Below the pieces are notes generated by a model that worked only from the letters and a program-made list of their open reading frames with translations, had not been told where the DNA came from and did not search any database. A DNA stretch of 63,926 bases, filler included, from Octopus bimaculoides (taxonomy: Eukaryota): assembly GCF_001194135.2 (NCBI RefSeq). It is 11 parts of 10 records of this genome, joined end to end, with 100 filler letters (N's around TTAATTAATTAA, not from the genome) between each part and the next. Parts side by side here need not be neighbours in the genome. Positions count along the whole stretch, not along the records: positions 51,407 to 54,535 come from NC_068983.1; positions 54,636 to 57,652 come from NC_069002.1; positions 57,753 to 60,703 come from NW_026384086.1; positions 60,804 to 62,779 come from NW_026345569.1; positions 62,880 to 63,926 come from NW_026304126.1; 6 more parts are not named here. The stretch is one strand, 5' to 3'. This document shows, piece after piece, positions 51,800-63,291 of this stretch (position 1 is its first letter; each line of letters opens with the position of its first letter). The translations under genes and the position numbers were made by a program.

Positions 51800-53000
51800 G
51801 GTTTGCGCATGTTTATCATGCATGTATATGAATTAACATAAATGTACGTGTATATATATATANNNNNNNNNNNNNNNNNNNNNNNNNNNNNNNNNNNNNN
51901 NNNNNNNNNNNNNNNNNNNNNNNNNNNNNNNNNNNNNNNNNNNNNNNNNNNNNNNACACGTTTCACAAAAGACACACACACACACATATATATACGCATA
52001 TACATCTGTACACAGATACAGTATATAACAAAAATATGCGCGTATATGTATGTAAGTATATAGATGCATCTGTGAGTGATTGTCAGTTTTAATGTCTGCT
52101 GGTGTTGGTGGCTGCGGTGCTGTATTGGCGGAGGCGACAGGTGAGGGCGGCGTCGTAAGCAAAGAAGCAAAAAGCTTTTACTTAACAATGAATGATTATT
52201 AAATAGGAAAAGTTACTTTTAGGACTGTCAAGCGTCCGTGGAGGTGCGAGATGTGGCCGAGGCGAGGTGGGTAGGTGTGTGGGTGGCAAGGGTCTGAACG
52301 AAGGGGTAGGTACGTGTGTGTGGATCGAAACCGGGGAAGAAGTGGGTAGGTGGCGAAAGGTTCGGGTGTAGTAGCGAAGATTCGAAACCAACATCAAAGA
52401 GGTGAGATAAAATCAAGATGTTTGCTTATTTTGAAAATGCAAATCGAATTTGTCCCATCCCATTACATTGACACAACAAACCGGAGACATTGGCGAGAGA
52501 CGTAAGTAATTTGAAGCTAACACCGTCGCCAAGAGTGGCCAGGATGGTATACTGCTTTTATTATCAAACAAGGAGTAGTATAAGCCGAGTAAAAACAGAT
52601 AGGTCACATGGGGTTGTCAGCAGCAATAGAAATATCGACATCAAGTTTTATACAAAGTCATTTATGTCCAGAATGAAAATTCTGAAAGACTTTTGCATCC
52701 AAAAGGATTGGTCGAGTAGAAAATAAAATGACTTGAGAGCAAAACAAACTTTCTAAAATGTGTTTATGTAAGCGTAGACTTATGTGTGTATGTATGTATG
52801 TGTGNNNNNNNNNNATATATATATATATATACATGTTCTTATATATATATATACATTTATATGTATATATATGCATACAGACACACACATATATATACGC
52901 ACACACACTAAGTTCAAGAATAGTGGTAATGGTTTTACACATACATTTATATAGGTGTGTATGTCTATGTGTATACATACATATATACATACATGCATCC

Positions 53001-53075
<75 letters not shown>

Positions 53076-53425
53076 CGCTCGTCTGGCCGAGTTAGCAGAC
53101 GATCGTCTGGCCCAGTTAGCAGACGAGCTAGGTTTCTGTAAGAAGCCTACGAAATTTTAAGTTGCATGGAGCCGAATCAAATCGTTAATTCTTTTATGGT
53201 ATAGGTGTTTTCGAGGTTCACATAAAGCAATTAGATAATAGCATGTAAATATTACCTTAAAAATCCTTTTGGATAGAAAAAGTCAATGGGTTGTCTTCGA
53301 TTTTTTTTTCAACTTAGTATTTGTTTGTTATTATTCATACCTTGGAAGCTATAATTGCAAAAAGAATTGTTTCGTGTTCCCTCCAAAGTAAATAAAGTTC
53401 TTTTGACCTCGATATATGTATATAT

Positions 53426-54394
53426 AGGTTTATTCAAAAAGAATGAACCGATTTCATTACGCAATATTTTAATAAGGAAAGACGGCGAGCTGGCAGAAAC
53501 GTTAGCACGCCCGGTGAAATGCTTGGTGATATTTCGTCTGTCTTTATGTTCTGAGCTCAAATTCCGCCGAGGTTGACTTTGCATTTCTTCCTCTCGGGGT
53601 CGATAAATTAAGTACCAGTTACACACTGGGGTCGATGTAATCGACTTAATCCGTTTGTCTGTCCTTGTTTGTCCTCTCTATGTTTAGCCGCTTGTGGGCA
53701 ATAAACAAATAAGAAACGTTAGCACGCCGGGCGAAATGCTTAGCGGTATTTCGTCTGTCTTTACGTTCTGAGTTCAAATTCCGCTGAGGTCGACTTTGCC
53801 TTTCATCCTTTCGGGGCCGATAAATTAAGTACCACGCGACTGGTCTCCTCCCCAAGAATTTCGGGCCTTATGCCTAGAGTAGAAAAGAATATTTTAATAC
53901 GGAAAAGCAAACTCCAGCTAGGTCACAAGTATTTACTCTCGATCGACTTTTATTTCCTGTCTTACAAGTGTTCAATGTGGCCACCACCTGTAGCAGGGGC
54001 AACATCAATGCGATAAGCGAATTCCTCCCAGATGCGTATCAGCATATCACGATCCACTGAGTGTGTGAACCACCGAGTAATTTTTTTTCTTGTGGGGATA
54101 TGTAAAAGATCGCATTTATGTTCCATCACTACCCACTAACCTCGGGGACCTTAAACGTCGAATAGCAACAGCGATCAACTAAGTGGATAATGATATACTG
54201 ATACGCGTCTGGGAGGAATTCTCTTATCGCATTGATATTGCCCGTGCTACAGGTGGTGGCCACATTGAACACTTGTAAGACAGGAAATAAAAGGTGATTG
54301 TGGCTAAATACTTGTAACCTAGCTGGAGTTTTCTATTGCTTTTCCTTATTAAAATATGGCGTAATAAAATCGGTTCATTCGTTTTGAATAACCG
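53426..54394. mobile_element. Fold-back Tc1/mariner derivative whose long inverted arms contain the transposase 3' end
   Basis: 53426-53480 plus 53906-54058 is the reverse complement of about 54182-54394; the centre and right arm encode FLWGYVKDRIYVP...LKRRIATAI...RVWEEFSYRIDIARATGGGHIEHL*. Confidence 0.85.
53481..53887 (+). mobile_element. Dimeric SINE family B insertion with 18-nt target-site duplication
   Basis: Two head-to-tail family-B bodies; flanks AATATTTTAATAAGGAAA (53463-53480) and AATATTTTAATACGGAAA (53888-53905). Confidence 0.85.
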
Positions 54395-54402
54395 TATATA
54401 TA

Positions 54403-54495
54403 CGAGGGGTGTATGAAAAGTTTTGAGTCTTGAAGTATTGTACCACGTTTTTTTTGTTTTTTTTTTGAGGCTCAATATATTTCATACACTCCTTG
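54403..54495. mobile_element. ~90-bp mariner MITE (CGAGGG-type TIR)
   Basis: TA-CGAGGGGTGTATGAAAAGTTTTGAGTCT versus reverse-complemented right end CAAGGAGTGTATGAAATATATTGAGCCT. Confidence 0.7.
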
Positions 54496-54500
54496 TTGTG

Positions 54501-54535
<35 letters not shown>

Positions 54536-54679
54536 NNNNNNNNNNNNNNNNNNNNNNNNNNNNNNNNNNNNNNNNNNNNTTAATTAATTAANNNNNNNNN
54601 NNNNNNNNNNNNNNNNNNNNNNNNNNNNNNNNNNNGCAAGAAACAATCAACTAATGGTGTGTATTTATGCGAATGTTTA

Positions 54680-54716
<37 letters not shown>

Positions 54717-55301
54717 ATGTGTTTGATGATGTGTGTGTAAATAACGGTGTGTGTATGTAATAGTTAGGTGTATGCTTATGTCATAGGATGTGTATATGTA
54801 TGCGATGGGTTGTGGGTGATGGCTTGTGTGTGCCTCACGGTGTGTGTGATGGGGTATGTGTATGACTGGAGGGTGGTGGTGAAGGCGTGTATGCGTATGT
54901 ATGATAGACTGTGTGATGGGTGTGCTTCATGATCTGTATGTGTGTGCGTGTGTGTGTGTGTGACGTTGCGTGATGGTGAGTGTGTGCGTATATGCGATGC
55001 TGCATGTGTATGGTTGTGATGGTGTGTGTATGTGAGTATGATGATGCTGCTGCTAATAATAACAATGATGTGTGTGTATGTGTATGTGTGTGATAGTGTT
55101 CGGATGTGACGATGTGTATGACAGTATGTGTGTGTGTGTGTGTGTGAGTGTGTGTTGGTTTGTGTATGTGATAATGTGTGTGATGACGTGTGTATATGTG
55201 TATGATGGTATACTTTATAGTTTATGATGATTGCATAACGAAATACTACGTACCGACAAATCATTCGTATACATATTTAGTCTCGCTGTTGCTTTTCCAT
55301 A

Positions 55302-55614
55302 GGAGGCGCAATGGCCCAGTAGTTAGGGCAGCGGACTCGCGGTCATAGGATCGCGGCTTCGATTCCCAGACCGGGCGTTGTGAGTGTTTATTGAGCGAAA
55401 ACACCTAAAGGCTCCACGAGGCTCCGACAGGGGATGGTGGCGAACCCTGCTGTACTCTTTCACCACAACTTTCTCTCACTCTTACTTCCTGTTTCTGTTG
55501 TGCCTGTAATTCAAAGGGTCAACCTTGTCACACTGTGTCACGCTGAATATCCCCGAGAACTACGTTAAGGGTACACGTGTCTTTGGAGTGCTCAACCACT
55601 TGCACGTTAATTTC
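55302..55614 (+). mobile_element. SINE family C, second copy (3' end lost in gap)
   Basis: Colinear and highly similar to 203-520. Confidence 0.9.
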
Positions 55615-56080
55615 NNNNNNNNNNNNNNNNNNNNNNNNNNNNNNNNNNNNNNNNNNNNNNNNNNNNNNNNNNNNNNNNNNNNNNNNNNNNNNNNNNNNNN
55701 NNNNNNNNNNNNNNNNNNNNNNNNNNNNNNNNNNNNNNNNNNNNNNNNNNNNNNNNNNNNNNNNNNNNNNNNNNNNNNNNNNNNNNNNNNNNNNNNNNNN
55801 NNNNNNNNNNNNNNNNNNNNNNNNNNNNNNNNNNNNNNNNNNNNNNNNNNNNNNNNNNNNNNNNNNNNNNNNNNNNNNNNNNNNNNNNNNNNNNNNNNNN
55901 NNNNNNNNNNNNNNNNNNNNNNNNNNNNNNNNNNNNNNNNNNNNNNNNNNNNNNNNNNNNNNNNNNNNNNNNNNNNNNNNNNNNNNNNNNNNNNNNNNNN
56001 NNNNNNNNNNNNNNNNNNNNNNNNNNNNNNNNNNNNNNNNNNNNNNNNNNNNNNNNNNNNNNNNNNNNNNNNNNNNNNNN

Positions 56081-56790
56081 ATTTCCATCCATCCATCCGT
56101 CCATCCATCCATCCATCCATCCATCCATCCATCCGTCCGTCCGTCCGTCCATCCATCCATCCATCCATCCATCCATATAACCAGCCAGCCAGACAGCCAA
56201 CAGTCAATCAATGAACCCATCCATCCGTCAATCAATGAATCCATCCATCCGTCAATCAATGAACCCATCCATTTGTCAATCAATGAACCCATCCATCTGT
56301 CAATCAATGATACCATCAATCCGTCAATCAATGAACCCATCCATCCGTCAATCAATGAACCCATCAATCCGTCAATCAATGAATCCATCCATTTGTCAAT
56401 CAATGAACCCCTCAATCAATGAACCCATCCATCTGTCAATCAATGAACCCATCAATCCGTCAATCAATGAACCCATCCATTTGTCAATCAATGAACCCAT
56501 CAATCCCTCAATCAATGAACCCATCCATCTGTCAATCAATGAACCCATCAATCCCTCAATCAATGAACCCATCCATTTGTCAATCAATGAACCCATCAAT
56601 CCCTCAATCAATGAACCCATCCATATGTCAATCAATGAACCCATCCATCCGTCCGTCCGTTCATCGATCCTCCCGTACAATCGCCCACCCATCCACCCGC
56701 CTGCCTGCCTGTCTGTCTGCTAGTCTGTCTGCTAGTCTGTCTGCTAGTCTGTCTGTCTGCCTGTCTGTCTGTCTGTCTGTCTGTCTTGGC
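56081..56790. repeat. (CCAT)n grading into a 24-bp minisatellite (CAATCAATGAACCCATCCATCTGT variants), then (CTGT)n
   Basis: About 18 near-identical 24-nt units at 56203-56650. Confidence 0.95.
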
Positions 56791-57226
56791 ATCTATCCTG
56801 TATCAGGAGTAGCGATCGACAGATATGGAAGTCAACAATTTGAAGAACAGACCGACAAAAACAAAACAAAAAAAAAAACAAAGGAATAAAAAAGGCACAA
56901 CGAATACCAAAACAAAATAACATTGGAAATACGAAGTCGCAAAGATTCTAGAGTCCATGGTGACTTGGTTCCATCGGAAGATCGACTGCAACGAATACGA
57001 CCACTACCGCCACCAGAAACGCTACCACCACTGCCACCACCAATGTCACCGCCATCGCTATCACAGCTACTCAACTAACCCCCCCCCCCATTAACATCCC
57101 AGCACCACCATCAGCATCATCACCAGCACCACACTGCATACATACGTATGCACGCATATACATACACACACATGTATACATATAAACATATACCATGTAT
57201 ATCTGCATATACCTGTATATATAAAT

Positions 57227-57257
<31 letters not shown>

Positions 57258-57305
57258 CACACACATACACATACATATATATATCTGCATGTATATATAC
57301 GTATG

Positions 57306-57338
<33 letters not shown>

Positions 57339-58789
57339 AGGCTGTGCACACGAACCAACACATATAGATGTGCATTGGAGTGCCTATAGCGATCTATCTA
57401 TAATGTTTGTAGGCTTTTTGGGTGCCTTGTGTTTCTAAGGGTTTTTTGACATATATCTTTTCTATATGTTTGCATGTCCCACATGCTATACCTTCATTTA
57501 TGTATTCTTTTTTACTACTATTATTATTTTTTTCCTCCTGTACCCTTATTTGTATTTTTTATTTTTATTTTTATTTATATTTTGATTTCAATTGTATTTT
57601 TGTATTTTTATTTTTATTTCTATCTTATTTTTGCTGTTGTTTCTCTTCTGGTNNNNNNNNNNNNNNNNNNNNNNNNNNNNNNNNNNNNNNNNNNNNTTAA
57701 TTAATTAANNNNNNNNNNNNNNNNNNNNNNNNNNNNNNNNNNNNNNNNNNNNGAATAGAGAAGATGTTAGGACACAGCAGGTAGTCATGAAATACGACAC
57801 CTCAAATCATTTAAAGTAATTAAAAATTAAGAATAAATTAGATAAGTATAATAAATAAAATAAAGTAAAATAAAATGGAATTCTTGAAATACGTGTAAAC
57901 ACATAGACACTGAGGGGAATAGAATTACAAATGTAGCCAGCAACTTCTTATCCTTCATTAAACTCTATTTCCTATCAACATATAAATACCACAAGTTTTT
58001 TAGTGTGCATAATGTTAAGGTTAGTTACTTCTGTCTAGACAGTACTTCTTCCAACAATACACATTACAGCAGGAAAAAGTATACGCCTATGTGAAGCATT
58101 CATTTGCAACTACCTTCAATGGAGTTTATTTAGTTCTGAGTCATCAAGCAAGATCTGCTGTTTCATCCAAAAATTGTCCCCCACCCCCATTTCAAAACAC
58201 TTTCACCGGAAATTTTTGTATATTCGGAATCTACATAATAAATACTATATGCATAAAAAATTTCATTAAAAAATATTCATTTTTCTGAAAGTTATGACCT
58301 TCCAAAGTCGGTGGGGTACAACTCTGTAGTTATGCCACTTATTATCTAGCCAGTGAAGCACGTTCACTGCCTGTGGCTATCTAACGTCATCCACGGTATT
58401 TATACAAATGTTGACGGGTCTGCCTCAGGAATTCCTCAGAGTTCATAGAGTATATAAGAAATGATAGAGACGGAAAATGGAATATATGAGAAATTGCTTA
58501 AACCTACAGTCACTGACAACATGTATTAAAACCGAATGAAACAGAGTTTATTTAATGAGACACCCCTTATAACATTACCTGATGAAACACTACTGCATTG
58601 AGGGATGTATCACAACTAATTGTACAGTATCCTAATCACGAGGGATCAATGCACAATGTTTCTTGTATGTTCCATTTTCCCTCCTCTATAGCAAGACACC
58701 TGTTTCTGCCTCCCTGTATCTCTGTCATCCTCTAACCTTTCATCATCTTTCACAAGATTCCCTCCTCCAATTGTCCTCTCCCTTCTCAG

Positions 58790-59105
58790 AATTCCTTGTC
58801 TTGCAAGTTACTTGGTAACCCTGCTGGTGTTGATGTCATGGAAAGAACATCCAGTCCACACTTTAAAGTGGTTGGCATTTGGAAGGGCACTGAGCAGTAA
58901 AAATTATGCCAAAACTGACTTCGCCTGTGCTTGTGCCATGTAAAAAGCACTACGTCCATTCTGTGGAGTGGTTGGTGCTAGGAAAGGCATCCAGCTGCAA
59001 AAATCCTGCCAAAACACAGTAGCTTGAGGTAGACTTCTACCTGGCTGACTCCTGTCAGCTGTCCTGCCCATGCATGCATGGAAGACGAGCGTTAAACAAT
59101 GATGA
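58790..59105 (+). mobile_element. RTE-type 3'UTR/tail fragment
   Basis: GGAGTGGTTGG..TAGGAAAGGCATCCAGCTG and CATGGAAGACGAGCGTTAAACAATGATG match the RTE tail at 44520-44671. Confidence 0.6.
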
Positions 59106-59216
59106 GGAGGAGGTGGAGGGGGAGGGATATATATATATATATATATATATTTACAGGAAGTTAATTATGATACATGCAATTCATTACAATATAATTCAAT
59201 AATGCGGAAGTTTTGT

Positions 59217-60242
59217 TCATCAACGTAAGTACCATTGCAATCAACATATTTTTGCCAATAAATTACAAGTTTGTTTATTCTGGTAACATAAAAATCTGGA
59301 GTTCTGGAGCTGATGAACTCTTTGAACACACTTTCAGCATTGATTCGATTTTTGAACTCCTTCTCTTGCAGGAAACCATGAAGGTGCTTAAAAAGGTGGT
59401 AGTCAGTAAGAGAAAGGTCTGGGGAATAAGATGGGTAGGGAAGAACTTCATAGCTAAGTTCCCTCAACTTCTGGAGCATCATTAGTGAAACATGTGGTCA
59501 AGCATTGTCATGAAGAATGATTGGCTCTCTTCTGTTGACCAGTCTGGGAAGGAGGAGTAGCAGTTTTTCGTTCATTTTGACAATTTCACGGTAATATGTT
59601 TCTGCAGTAATGGTTTTTCCGGGTTTTAAGAAGTTATAGTGGATGGGTCCAGCAGTTCACCACCAAACAGTCACCATAACCTTCTTTTTTGAAGAGCTCA
59701 GGTCTAGGGAAGGTTTTCAGTGCTTCATTTTGGCCCAAACATTGCAAAGAACGTTTTTGATTATTGTACAGAATCCACTTTTCATCGCAAGTTACAGTAC
59801 AGTCAAGAAATGCATCAGTCTGCTTACAGAGAAGAAGCAACAAGAAAATTTCATACCTGCGCATTTTCTGATTTTCATTCAAATCGTGTGGTACAGATTT
59901 GTCAAGCTCTTTTGATTTTCCAATCACATACAAATGTTTGCAGGCAGTTTTCTGTCTAACTTGAAGTTCTTTTCCCAGTTCTTGAGTGGGTTTACATGGA
60001 TCTTTCTCAACGACGGTCTTTAATTGACCGTCATCGATGACAGATGGGCGTCCACTATACTCACGATCTTCAAGGCTCAAATCTCCACTGCAAAATCGTT
60101 TAAACCATTCTCAAGCTGACCACTTACTGGTCATTTCCTCACCAAATGTTTCGTTGATATCGCGAGCAGTTTTAGCTGCATTACATCCTTTTTTAAAGTT
60201 GAATAGCAAAATTGCTCGAATATTGCACTCTGACAGTTCCAT
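59217..60242 (-). pseudogene. mariner DD34D transposase (Hsmar1/SETMAR-like), full-length but disabled
   Basis: MELSECNIRAILLFNFKKG..AAKTARDI, LEDREYSGRP, VPHDL, VTCDEKWILYNN, LHDNA*PH, YSPDLSLTDYHLF; 34 residues between the second and third D; several stops. Confidence 0.9.
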
Positions 60243-60803
60243 TTCAGATGATTGTAACAACGGTGAAAAAAATATCAATGTTAATTTATTGATGCATTTG
60301 GGCAAGTACGTCTGAATTATAAGACAATTGCAAAAAAATTCAAAACTCTGCAAAAAAATTCAAAACTCTGCAAAAATCCGGTACAAATTCTTCATGGCTC
60401 AAAACGTTGCTTACTTCTTACTGAAGCAGACATATGGCTGGTCATAAAGTAGCCAATGGCTTTGCATCCATAAAGCACCTAGTTTTATATATATGTATAT
60501 ATATGTTATTAATAGTTTCAGGTATAAAAAATTTTCACAATTGTTCAAAGCCTCCAGTTCAGGATGTTAGTAGTCATGTCCATATTGATAAGAATACAGT
60601 CTAAATGGATACAATTAACGACAGCCTGAATTTGAATACGTGAAGTCTTCTTGTTTTTTTTTTCATACTTTCTCTTAGTCTGTTGTCCTGTTTTAGCTTG
60701 TATNNNNNNNNNNNNNNNNNNNNNNNNNNNNNNNNNNNNNNNNNNNNTTAATTAATTAANNNNNNNNNNNNNNNNNNNNNNNNNNNNNNNNNNNNNNNNN
60801 NNN

Positions 60804-60839
<36 letters not shown>

Positions 60840-60997
60840 GTTTGTATGTTTATGTGTAAGTACATATGTATACATGTGTATGTGTGTATATGTGTGTAAT
60901 TTGATATTAATTATCTTCTTCACCCCGTAGTCTGAAATCACCAACTGAAAAGATTTAAACAATATGGCAAGTCATGTAAACATTTACATTAAAGTCT

Positions 60998-61146
60998 GCG
61001 CAGGCGTGGCTGTGCGGTAAGAAACTTGCTTCCCAACCACATGTTTCCGGGTTCAGTCCCATTGTGTGGCACCTATTTGTCGTCTCGGGCCGACCAAAGC
61101 CTTGTGAGTGGATTTGGTAGACGGAAACTAAAAGAGGCCTGTGGCA
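60998..61146 (+). mobile_element. SINE family A, 5' half running into (TA)n and a gap
   Basis: GCGCAGGCGTGGCTGTGCGGTAAG...GGGTTCAGTCCC...GGTAGACGGAAACTAAAAG. Confidence 0.85.
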
Positions 61147-61915
61147 TATATATATATATATATATANNNNNNNNNNNNNNNNNNNNNNNNNNNNNNNNNN
61201 NNNNNNNNNNNNNNNNNNNNNNNNNNNNNNNNNNNNNNNNNNNNNNNNNNNNNNNNNNNNNNNNNNNNNNNNNNNNNNNNNNNNNNNNNNNNNNNNNNNN
61301 NNNNNNNNNNNNNNNNNNNNNNNNNNNNNNNNNNNNNNNNNNNNNNNNNNNNNNNNNNNNNNNNNNNNNNNNNNNNNNNNNNNNNNNNNNNNNNNNNNNN
61401 NNNNNNNNNNNNNNNNNNNNNNNNNNNNNNNNNNNNNNNNNNNNNNNNNNNNNNNNNNNNNNNNNNNNNNNNNNNNNNNNNNNNNNNNNNNNNNNNNNNN
61501 NNNNNNNNNNNNNNNNNNNNNNNNNNNNNNNNNNNNNNNNNNNNNNNNNNNNNNNNNNNNNNNNNNNNNNNNNNNNNNNNNNNNNNNNNNNNNNNNNNNN
61601 NNNNNNNNNNNNNNNNNNNNNNNNNNNNNNNNNNNNNNNNNNNNNNNNNNNNNNNNNNNNNNNNNNNNNNNNNNNNNNNNNNNNNNNNNNNNNNNNNNNN
61701 NNNNNNNNNNNNNNNNNNNNNNNNNNNNNNNNNNNNNNNNNNNNNNNNNNNNNNNNNNNNNNNNNNNNNNNNNNNNNNNNNNNNNNNNNNNNNNNNNNNN
61801 NNNNNNNNNNNNNNNNNNNNNNNNNNNNNNNNNNNNNNNNNNNNNNNNNNNNNNNNNNNNNNNNNNNNNNNNNNNNNNNNNNNNNGGCCCAAATATTCTC
61901 AAGTATCACTGGCCC

Positions 61916-62260
61916 ACTCCTGAACTACTCGGTCGTTATATTGACGACTGTATCGGTGGGACCTCACTCTCCTGCGAACATCTAGACTCCTTCCTCTCTT
62001 TTGTCAAATCTTTCCATCCTGCCCTCCACTTCTCCTGCACTATCTCTGACACTTCTGTCTCCTTTCTTGATATTTCGGTCAGCATTCATCACTCCACTCT
62101 CACCACCTCCATCCACTACAAACACACAGAATCACACTCATACCTCAACTTCTCCTCCCACCCTAAACACACCAAGTTCTCCATCCCCTATTTCCAATTC
62201 CTCCGTCTACGCAGACTCTGCAGCGACGACCATAACTTTAAGACTCAGTCTCAACTCATA
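61916..62260 (+). mobile_element. Penelope-like reverse transcriptase fragment (open frame not in the ORF track)
   Basis: TPELLGRYIDDCIG...FVKSFHPALHFS...SVSFLDISV...HYKHTESHSYLNFSSHPKHTKFSIPYFQFLRLRRLCS; YIDD at 61937-61948, no stop over 115 codons. Confidence 0.9.
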
Positions 62261-62731
62261 CAATTTCAAAGTAAGGTGATTAAAATCAAAATAAGCAACA
62301 AGGATATCCAGAGGTAATGCAGTACGATCGTTTCATGCAACTCCATTTTATTGAACAATGCAATCATTACATCAATTTAAAATGCAGAGCAATCCTCAGC
62401 TTCACAAAGACATAGAATTTAATTAAATTAGAACAGATGGACACATTAGTAATAATTATACCTAAAATCTCCAAGAAGTTAAGGGGATAGACAATATGTT
62501 CTTTATCTATCTCCTTAACTTCTTCGAGATTTTAGGTATAATTAAACTAATGTGTCCATTTGTTCTTAATTAAATTCTATGTCTTTGCGCTGCTGAGGAT
62601 TGCTCTGCATTTTAAATTGATGTAATGATTGCATTGTTCAATTAAATGGAGAAGCAAGAAACGATCGTACTGCATTACCTCTGTATATCCTTGTTGCTTA
62701 TTTTGATTTTAATGACCTTACTTTGAAACTG
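62261..62731. mobile_element. 471-bp fold-back (near-perfect palindromic) element
   Basis: 62261-62491 is the reverse complement of 62506-62731; 14-nt loop; TA on both sides. Confidence 0.85.
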
Positions 62732-62940
62732 TATGGATAATAGCGTACTAAATTCTGGTGCCTCAACTTAAGTACCATANNNNNNNNNNNNNNNNNNNNN
62801 NNNNNNNNNNNNNNNNNNNNNNNTTAATTAATTAANNNNNNNNNNNNNNNNNNNNNNNNNNNNNNNNNNNNNNNNNNNNTGTCCTGTATCCATACTTGGT
62901 TTTAAGGAAGAATAGGAAAATATTAGATTTATAATTGACC

Positions 62941-63044
62941 ATGGCATAGTGGTTAAGAGCGCGGGCTACTAACCCCAAGATTCCAAGTTCGATCCCAAGC
63001 ATTGAAACTTGGGGCTAGTAACCCGCGCTCTTAACCACTACGCC

Positions 63045-63116
<72 letters not shown>

Positions 63117-63256
63117 ATCGAAATTTCTCCAAGACACCTACCTGATGAAGGCTGGAGGGTATATCAGCCGAAACGTGTTAACAACAAAGAAGATGAGGAC
63201 AAATATCCGTCAAATATAAATAATGTACATAATTCCTCATCTCTTAAATATAGAAC
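62941..63256 (+). mobile_element. tRNA-headed short element (family E) with inverted head copy, (TAA)n and hammerhead-containing 3' part
   Basis: A box TGGCATAGTGG, B box GTTCGATCC, inverted 39-nt head copy at 63008-63046, (TAA)n, CTGATGA...GAAAC core at 63142-63174. Confidence 0.7.
63133..63179 (+). ncRNA. Type-I hammerhead ribozyme core (PLE-type), probably disabled in this copy
   Basis: GACAC-ctac-CTGATGA-A-GGCTG-gagggtatat-CAGCC-GAAAC-GTGTT: intact cores, 5-bp stem II, GACAC/GTGTT stem I. Confidence 0.65.
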
Positions 63257-63291
63257 AGTAATATTGCGATCTCCATTGATGTGCAGAAATA

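Noticed and set aside
52101-52149. GC-rich ATG...CAG|GTGAGG possible first exon (MSAGVGGCGAVLAEAT)
   Set aside because: Embedded in GGT/GT low-complexity sequence; no promoter or homology support.
56203-56650. Regular 24-nt repeats resembling a CRISPR array, and the derived ORFs (SINEPIH / MNPSIRQS)
   Set aside because: Units are contiguous with no unique spacers, there are no cas genes, the context is eukaryotic, and the array grades into (CCAT)n.
59217-60242. Domesticated SETMAR-like host gene
   Set aside because: Multiple stops and frameshifts and no SET-domain exon in the window; ordinary dead mariner.
62941-63000. Possible tRNA gene (also the heads at 203, 1254, 6125, 55302)
   Set aside because: A/B boxes are present but there is no closing acceptor stem, and each continues into a repeat body; these are SINE heads.
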